A stretch of DNA of 63,994 nt, counting the filler, from Basidiobolus ranarum (lineage: Eukaryota): NCBI GenBank assembly GCA_040143965.1. It is 3 parts of 3 records of this genome, joined end to end, with 100 filler letters (N's around TTAATTAATTAA, not from the genome) between each part and the next. Parts side by side here need not be neighbours in the genome. Positions count along the whole stretch, not along the records: positions 45,084 to 63,994 come from JASJQH010007140.1; 2 more parts are not named here. One strand, given 5' to 3'. The position numbers and the translations under genes were made by a program. The notes under the pieces were generated by a model. The model ran no database searches and was not told the DNA's origin. It worked only from the letters and a program-made list of their open reading frames with translations. Positions within the stretch are counted from its first letter, which is position 1. Every line of letters begins with the position of its first letter. Below, one piece after another: positions 55,488 to 63,994 of this stretch.

Positions 55488-56321
55488 ATTTGGTTTCTAA
55501 CAATATTTCACTTTTAGCTTGATGTTCAAAGTGTACAACTTACGTCTGTCAGTGTTGAAAGGTACTAGCTAAGCCATGACTGATGTTACATCTAGATAAG
55601 GTCGATTTTCTTTACTAGATGATTTCGACATTCATAGCTTATCTCATTGGTTCCACTATTCTTAATTCGTACTATGTTCACGCTTTTGTGACTAATACTT
55701 TATAACTATAGTATTAATGATTCATTTTACACTGGAACCGCTGCTGCAGGGCTAGGGTCGTTATATTGATTGCTAAACGATGTCAAAACCTGAATTTAGA
55801 CATCAAAAATCAATACCAAGTTTGAAACAAGACATGTCGCTATTCTAAGGATATCAAAAAAAATGGGATGAGCAGTAGAATTGATATCAGAATACTAATA
55901 GTAAAGAAGACACTATCTAAAACATTCCTCCGATACAATGGAAATAATGCTTGGGATTGGTAACCTAGTTCTTACGCAAAAAGTGCAAGGTGCTACGCTT
56001 GGCCGTCATCCTCACCAAACTCAATCAGCTCGACATTATTACCAATGCCTTCCCAGAGTTGAGCTTTACACTTTGAAAATAAAGGACGGATATCTAAAGA
56101 AGAATAAGGATGGTATCTGGTTTGCTGATAAGTTTGTTAACAAAGGCATTATATTGCCCAAATATGGGAAAATGCGCCAGGACGAAGAATACTTTAAATT
56201 TATTCGCATCTTCACTGCAAATTCGTTCTATCTACGGAATATTTTGCATGCCATTTGCCTATCTTGCATTCAAAATATGAAAAAATTCAACATTTTGAAT
56301 GAATAGATGCTACTTGGATCA

Positions 56322-56546
56322 AACTATTTAAACTTAAGATTGAGATGGATGGAAAGGCTTTTTAGACGAATGAGAATTAATTTTGGACGATTTTCGGTTT
56401 TTTTTGGACGTTACACTTTTTTTATAAGTTATTTGTCTAAAAACTAACATTGTTTCGTCTCAAATCAAATTCTCAATTGTCTGAAAAACATTTCCACTCA
56501 TCTCAAGTCAAATTCTCATTCGTCTCAATCTTAAGTTTAAATACTG
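56322..56546. mobile_element. MITE / foldback element
   Basis: Terminal inverted repeat TATTTAAACTTAAGATTGAGA / TCTCAATCTTAAGTTTAAATA plus a ~50-bp imperfect inner inverted repeat; right end ...TACTG followed by TA. Confidence 0.8.
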
Positions 56547-56857
56547 TATGACGAATTGATCAATTTAAATAAAATTGACTAGTCACCATATTGGGTAGCT
56601 TCAAGAGTATTTATGATAAACGAGCTAGTTGCAAAGTGGTCCTTGTCATTTTAAAGACGTATGCGAAATTCATACACGATTGAACGAATAACCTGGTAGA
56701 ACTATTTCTTTTTATAGTACCAAATACGTATGAAAGAATACCATCCTTTAGAGGTAATAGTAATAGTATCACACTCCTTCTAAAAGCACCTAATGTGTGC
56801 ATTTACATTGCTTCAATTCAATTTTCACTAAATTTTTCTTTCCTCGATTTTCTATAG

Positions 56858-59432
56858 GTAAACCCCATATTTGTCGACCATGTTCTCTCAGTAGAAGCCG
56901 CACGTCCATGGGTAATAAACTAGTGTTTTTTTAATCCTAATAGGTGACTAATATCTTATTCACTCAACAAGCGATTGAACTTATTGGCAGTCAGTCGCAA
57001 AGATCCTTTGAAATTCTTCATAGGTAGCTATTCAACTTTACTGGCATGAAATGTACATAGAGATCCTGTTTTGAAATTCTTTTATAAACGAACATAAGCT
57101 TTACATGACGAGATATACGTATACCAATTGTTGGATCCGTACGATAAGCCCAAGAATCCGATTCTAAAGTTAAGGTCGGTCAATCCAAATCCACCAGTAA
57201 TCGCTGAAGAGGACGACCCCAGCTGGCCTGTATGTTTTACGTTACTTTTCTCATTCCTTGTGAAGTTTATCTTGGTTAATTTATTTAAACTGTAAGAAGT
57301 GTGCCATTAATGCCATCAAAGTCGGAATGTTGGGCTCTGAAGAAGTTCTTGTTTCTGTGGATGATAGTGGAGAAGTTCGTGCCTGGTTCACTGAAAAACT
57401 TGATCGGAGTCCATTATGCTTTAGGTAAGAACGAAGAGAAGTCAGTATTTCCTGTTTACTATTTATTGGCTAAATTACTCTTTGACTCCAAGTAACAACG
57501 TTTCTACTTGGGGAATAGCATTGAACGGACCTCGACATCTCTTAGCGGTGAGTGCAAATTCCCATAACATTACTGTATACAGCCTTCGAGGTTCTAGAGG
57601 CTCCGAATATTCTCCAGTTGGCTTGGAATCAGATACACCACTATCTGAATTTGAGGATCCCCTTTACACCACCACCGATCTTCATTCACAGGATGTGAAT
57701 GATTCAACAAGAACTCTAAAAGGTCACAAACATAACGTACCCAACATTGACATTAGTCCGTGTGGAGAGTTTCTAGCCTCTTGTAGTATAGATGGAACGT
57801 GTAGAGTATGGAATTTACTTAACGGAGAAACTATTTATAAAAATAGTATAGGAGATGCATGGTACGTTTATACTTTGGTATTTAGCCAATGAGTTGGATG
57901 TTGAGCTTTGTTGAATTCATAAATAGGGGATGGACAGCACTATTTGTCTCAATTGCCTCTTTCAAGCATATATCAAGTTTCGCGCTAGGGTGGGAAAACA
58001 CTTCGCAGGATTCAGTTACAAATGTGACCGACTTGACCAACCCTTTGAATCCGCTTTCTCTTCGGTATGCAATTGACCAGTGGCGAAGATCACATCGTTC
58101 CGAATCGGACGAAATCCACTCCAATACGGAGTTAATTTTGATGAATGACGAAATAACCGAAGATTCAGTGAGCGATGATGATATTGAATATGGATACTAC
58201 AATGGTAGTGAATTAGCTGACCAGGATGGCTGGAGTGAGGGAGAGATAGATGAGTATGATGATTGGAATGGGTTTGACGAATTAGCCGATGAAGAAGATG
58301 CGGACACCGTATCCGGAGATGATAGTTTAGATGATAATGCCACTGAAGCAATGTGGGAAGTAGACACCACAGCAGCGACAGTCCAATCTGATGATCATTA
58401 CACTATCACCACAGATGAACTGGAGACTGGATCAACAGAGATTTCCCATGATGTTTCGAATAGTCGGGCCACAACCGCTACTGAAGAGTCTAATACCACT
58501 ATCCGTAACCCACCCAGACATCGTAATCGCTCAAGTTTTACACTGCCATCCACTCAGACCATTCCTCAGTTAGAGAATGATAGTACCAACTCAAATAGCA
58601 GATCCATTCCATTTTCTTACTCGCAAATTCGCCCGCTATTCTCCACGGTTCAACAACGCACACCTCTTTTGGCTTTACCCGCACCTACGCTGACGGAGCC
58701 GCCATCCCCCACAATTGATACGTATACCTCCACTCCCAAGCCTTCTCAAAAAAAGCTTCCTTGGTTGATATTGTATAGCACTGTACATGATCTGTTACTA
58801 CTTGATCCATCTAAAAATTTGTCGCCTCTTCATTGTGAAAAACGAATCATATCCAAGGTAGATAACCGTAGGATTCGTATGCTCAACTCCTTTGATAGAC
58901 TTTGCATGATAGAGGTGAGTTGTATTCAGCCAAAGCATTATTAATTAATACAACTAACAAATACATGTCTATAGTGGATTGAGGAACTAGGCTTGGCAGT
59001 GATAGCTAGTCAAAAGGGAAAAGTAGCTCTAGTTCGTGCCTTAAGGTATCTCAAAATCAAATCACATCTCACTTGATCGTATAGTTAAAAATAACATCAT
59101 TAGAATATGCACTGCCTCTGGTGAGGAAACGTTTATGCTAAACTCTGAGACATACTTACCTCTCGAATTCACTCCTTCCGCGCCATTGTTGGGTGTGTAT
59201 TATATACAATTGCTAAGGAATTACGCCAGTTGCATTTATAACTTACTCTTCATGATAAATAGGAATGTTTGTGTCGCGCTTTCCGCCAGAAACGCATCCT
59301 CAGAATTTACCAGATCCCGCTCTACAATTTTACCATCTATATTTGCTCTACTATAATGGTGCGATGCTTTGTTACGAATTGAGAAGAAAGAAGGAAATAA
59401 ACCCATTGCGAAAGGATGATCTGATGGTCTGA
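56858..59432 (+). CDS. CRT10-like WD40 protein; 5' end uncertain
   Basis: WRLNLL, INAIKVGMLGSEEVLVSVDDSG, STWGIA, LAVSANSHNITV, GHKHNVPNIDI, DRLCMIEWIEELGLAVIASQKG. Confidence 0.8.
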
Positions 59433-61512
59433 TATAGCTATGATAGTACAAATAATATGTGTTCCGATAATCTTTTGGCCTTAACGAATCTCCTCTTGTG
59501 ACTCTTAGCACTGCTTTCTATTGATCTGTCAAAGTATTTGCCAAGTTATCATTTAATTTCTGTAATTACTACTGTCTTGCTTATTCAGAAGAGACTAGTT
59601 TTCTCAACCTATACGAAGACGCATCAAACTCCCGGTTTAGATGCTTGCTTAATGGGTACAAATAAAGTGAACACATTCACCAGAGAGCTCAAATAACAGT
59701 CTTTAACGTTATGAAAGTGGTTCTGCTACTCTTTGTACTGACACTTTTATTTGTTTCGAGAAATCAGTATTAAACACCCATTTTTGTACATTATTCCTGT
59801 GACAGATAGTGACATACGACATTTAAACATGACTGGACCTATTCCCGAGTATTATATCTTGAAGTTTATTATCTATACATTCCAGCAAGTCCGCTCTTTG
59901 CGCACAAAGCTTCTAGAACCCTCTTTTACATGAAATGTGCTTTATCGAAACACTTTTTAACTACTTTCTCTTAAATTAGAGAAAAATACCACCAAAAAAC
60001 ACTTTTAAGTCATGTTAATTATACTTTTTTATAATATATATCTTGGAAGAAAGTAATGGTTTTCATTATTAGAAAACTTACTATAAGCAAATCTTGGACG
60101 TTTCCAAAACTTACATTGATCTTGGCTTGACCCGGAAGATGTGATTGCTGCTAGAAAACTTTATTCTTATGAAATAACATGTGGTAATAACCATAATGTC
60201 AGAAGTTTGGAACTTATTTACACAGTAATTGAAGATACAGCCAGTAATGTAAAATTCTAAAAAAATAGTTTTAAACGGATTTACTGGCATTGGATCCAAT
60301 TTTAGGTAGCATCCCAGAGTGTAATGGAATTGCCTTCTTAATGTCAGACTGTTATCTGATTAACCTGTGATAAATACACAGCTAACCCATGTAATTCAGA
60401 GATATTGTCATTTGCATAACGCTTGCAAAAAAATGAATCAGTTATGTTATAGTATATATCATTATAAATACCAGGGTTCTTAGCCAAGATGCTGCAATAT
60501 CTACAAGTAGGGTTCAATGAGTATATGTGCTTATATGGGAATGATGTTCAAGTGAATTTCTGCTTTTCAAATTAACTTACAAGTACACTAAAAACGAGTC
60601 ACATCAAAAGGGAAAATACTTTCTTGGAGAAAGTTCTAAGCAGACTACACAACGACTGGATGGGAGTAGATATGGTATCCGGATAACAACGAAACCATCT
60701 TAGATATTAGAGTGCTTATCGTAAGCACTCCACCAGCACATTGGACAAACCTACACAGTTGGACTACATGTCCGTGTACAAACTGTGATACCAGTCGTAA
60801 AAGTTTAAGAGAACCCACCTAGCAAATGCGCATGATATACTAGATAAGAATCATGTAGTACAGTGAAACTTGATTAAAATTTCAATATTACCATCATTAA
60901 TACTTAACTTGAATAATATTGGTTTAATTATTCTACCAGCGTCTATTCTTAACTACAAGCCTTATCTGCACCCTTATCACGCATCCCATTGTCGGTTGGT
61001 ATACGAATCAAACATCGTAGCCATTTTGGTGGATTGTAATTTGGTAATGTAAGCACCACTAATTGTTTCCGTATCTAAACTAAGATTTGTGATGATTGTG
61101 TTAATATCCTATTGGTACCAAATTGCAAATAGCTACACTGTAATTAATAAGCGATATTTGATCTAGCAAATTCTAATCATTTTGTATCTTTGGTAGCTCC
61201 TCCCTCAAACTCAATTGCTGGGGTGAGGGGCAGCTTTCTCGCTTACTACGAGATTCCCCATCTGCTATCCTCCGATATTCCCGATCTGACCCCGTATTTC
61301 TCTGATAGGCAAACAATTCAAAACGATGTAAACTTTTAAATTGGAATTATAATAGTTTTCTTTCAGAAATATTGTTCGGTTTTAAATATAGATTACAATA
61401 CTAGATATCAAACATGCAAGTGATATTGAGTTCATTTCTAATAACTAATGAATGAGATGCTACGTTATGTAGATATCTGACATGAAGGTAATTGATTATG
61501 GGATGATGAAAT

Positions 61513-62548
61513 TTAATCTTCTTGAGATTCCAAGAATTCGATGGCATCGAGGGCAGCTTTACAACCAGAGCCGGCAGCGGTAATAGCCTGTCTGTAACGA
61601 CGATCTTGGACATCACCGGCGGCAAAGACACCATCAACGTTGGTGTGTGTGGATCCAGGGGTAACCTTGATATAACCATCAGTATCAAGATCAATAACTC
61701 CCTTGAAGGCATCGGTGTTAGGGGTGTGACCGATAGCATAGAATAGACCGTTCACTTCCAATTCACGAGCCTCTTGGGTCTGGGTATCCTTAAGAGTCAA
61801 GCTTCTCAACAAGCTACCATCACCCTTGGCTTCAACAGGAGCGGTGTTCCAGAGAATTTCGACCTTAGGATGCTTCATGAGACGGTTGGCCATGATGGTG
61901 GAGGCACGAAGTTTATCACGTCTAACCAAAACGTAAACCTTGGAGGCATATTTGGTCAAGAACATAGCTTCTTCAGCAGCAGAGTCACCACCACCAACGA
62001 CAGCCAAGGGCTTGTTTCTGAAAATGGGGACAGCTCCATCGCAGACAGCGCAGGCTGAGATACCATTTTGCCAGTAAACATCTTCTCCGGGAAGGAAGAG
62101 ACGTCTGGCAGTGGCACCGGTGGCAATAATGATAGAGTCAGCAGTATCGGGCTCATCAGTCTCAGAATCAGCTCCTTCTCTCCAGATTTTGAAAGGACGA
62201 GCAGAGAAATCGACACGAGTGATGGTCTCGGTAATGATTTCAGTACCGAACTTCTCGGATTGCTTACGGAAGTTATCCATCATATCTGGGCCAGTAATAC
62301 CTTCAGGGAAACCAGGGAAGTTTTCGACTTCAGTGGTGGTAGTCAATTGACCACCAGGAGCAATACCACCGGCAAGCATACCTTCGAACATAACAGGCTC
62401 CAAGTTAGCTCTTGAAGTGTAAATGGCAGCAGTGTGACCAGCAGGCCCAGAACCGATAATGATCTAGTAATAAATTAATTGATGAGTAACGACTTCGAAA
62501 AACCCAAGTTCATAAAGTGTGTATAGAACTTACAACGCGTGCGTGCAT
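61513..62548 (-). CDS. TRR1: Thioredoxin reductase (low-Mr fungal type), 2 exons
   Basis: [32 protein letters not shown] redox motif, [14 protein letters not shown]. Confidence 0.97.
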
Positions 62549-63994
62549 ATTTAGTAAAAAGGTAGAAGATAGATCGAAGGATGCCGAGATACCAGAAGAA
62601 CGAAGAGTTTATAAAGGATTCAAAATTACTATCGGAGGGCCAATAACGTAGATTGCAATGAAATTTTTAAGATGCTGAAAACACATTTGTCAACCCAAAT
62701 GTTTTACTCGCAAGATAGACCAATAGACAGCCTTCAAAATAAATATGGTAAGCCACACTTCAGTGTCAGGTACCAAAATAAATTAGGATTTGTCAATTAC
62801 TAAGCACTTTGATATGAATTATCTCGATTGAGTGAGCATCGATTCAGAAATCTCTGCTTCCTTCAACTAGAAATGGCGAAGCTTTTGTGTTACCATCATC
62901 CGTAGCTATCCGGCCAATGGTGGGCCCACATCATTGCTATGGCTGTCAAGATCTGAATCATAGCAGACTTGATGATTAATTCTCTATTTTGACTGTGTCG
63001 TGTCTGTGCCCCTTTGCAACCCCATTGTAGAGGAGTTCAAGGCGTTGCGGCAGTTAAAATATCTTCAGCAACGCACTCTTGCCTAGCATGTTCACTAGAT
63101 TGATGGTGATGCGATGGATAGGTGAGCCCCTGTTCACTGATACGAGTTTCATCTCGCCAATAGATGTTAGTCCAATTGATAATATCCATCAGATGGGCGG
63201 ATCTGATTATTAATAGCATGGACTACTCGCCAACATTTTCAATCATTTTAGGAATACTCAGATAGGCATCAGAATCGTTTGCTTACTGTTGTTAGCATCG
63301 CCATACAGGTGGTGGCCATCTGGGTTACAATTGCGCTGTGTTGTCCACACATCTATGCTAACGTGGTGCAAATATCTCCCTGCCCCCAATCCCATACTGA
63401 AATCTTACTCATTTGTGTTGCGCACCGTTGGTGCGAAAACAAGTATAGCTCTAAAGCCAACTTGTGTATGCTAACTGTTAGAGGCGCCTTGAGTAACTTG
63501 TACCGATTCCAGAGATTTCAGATGTGGGCATTCAAACTCCTTGAAATGATAACATTACTTCTCCTAGCCCACTTACACTGCTTCAAGCCAAGCTGTTTCC
63601 CGATCCACGTGAATGAATGTCACCTGCAAGCAAGATAAGCTATGGATGTTAATTTAAGAACCTCATTTGGCCTCATTTGGATCATCTCCTTTGATAATCA
63701 TATGCTAGTTATCACCTATGTTATCAGATCGAATACTCTTGCTGATTAATGCGCTTACTCGTCATATGATCGTAAACTTACCAAGGTGCAGTGGCCCATC
63801 CAGAATAAAGTCTATGTGTATGTTTCTTGCGACATACAATTCGCTATACATGTCTCTGTGTTACTGGGAAGCTGGGGGCGATGAAGTTCGATCACGGTCT
63901 CTTCGGAAATCATCATTTGGATGCCTCGTGCCTTTCCTGGCCACCGACAATTGATTATCGTGTTGAGATGAAGTCAGTGATGGGTTTCATCCTA

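Noticed and set aside
61200-61270. Small hairpin downstream of TRR1 considered as a SECIS element
   Set aside because: TRR1 ends in TAA with a CAVC site and no in-frame TGA; no SECIS core is present.
62800-63994. Short ORFs at the right end, also at 52200-53050 and 55938-56306
   Set aside because: No motifs or splice-consistent gene model could be supported.

Overview
Intron-rich eukaryotic genomic DNA from an early-diverging fungus. The gene set, a centriole gene homologue and a minor-class intron suggest a Zoopagomycota/Mucoromycota-type genome, possibly Basidiobolus-like; this assignment is inference only. About 20 protein-coding genes can be read: glutaminyl cyclase, MOD5, UXS1, a multi-KH protein, TRM7, HROB-like, IPI1, a Gly/Tyr-rich protein end, a small Cys-rich secreted peptide, two tandem VOC/glyoxalase genes, tricalbin, PP2C, CEP120-like, ISC1, RPS28, STE20/PAK, an APC permease, a divergent CBS, CRT10-like and TRR1. 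There are also two identical atypical tRNA-Pro(CGG) genes, a copia-type LTR family in two repeat islands (the 44-48 kb one almost free of CpG), a MITE and two artificial gap linkers. The best candidate for an undescribed system is a 172-173 nt element in three near-identical copies (5521-5692, 7552-7724, 17784-17956). Each copy has an upstream TATA box, is co-oriented with a tRNA-Pro gene, and folds by eye into a closed, pseudoknotted RNA with an RNase P/MRP-like P1/P2/P4 topology; I do not recognise it as any known RNA family. Other notable items are the CEP120 homologue, a U12-type intron, a CBS paralogue with altered active-site motifs, and a peptide with perfectly periodic CX3C-X6 cysteine spacing. 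All exon boundaries and folds were read manually.
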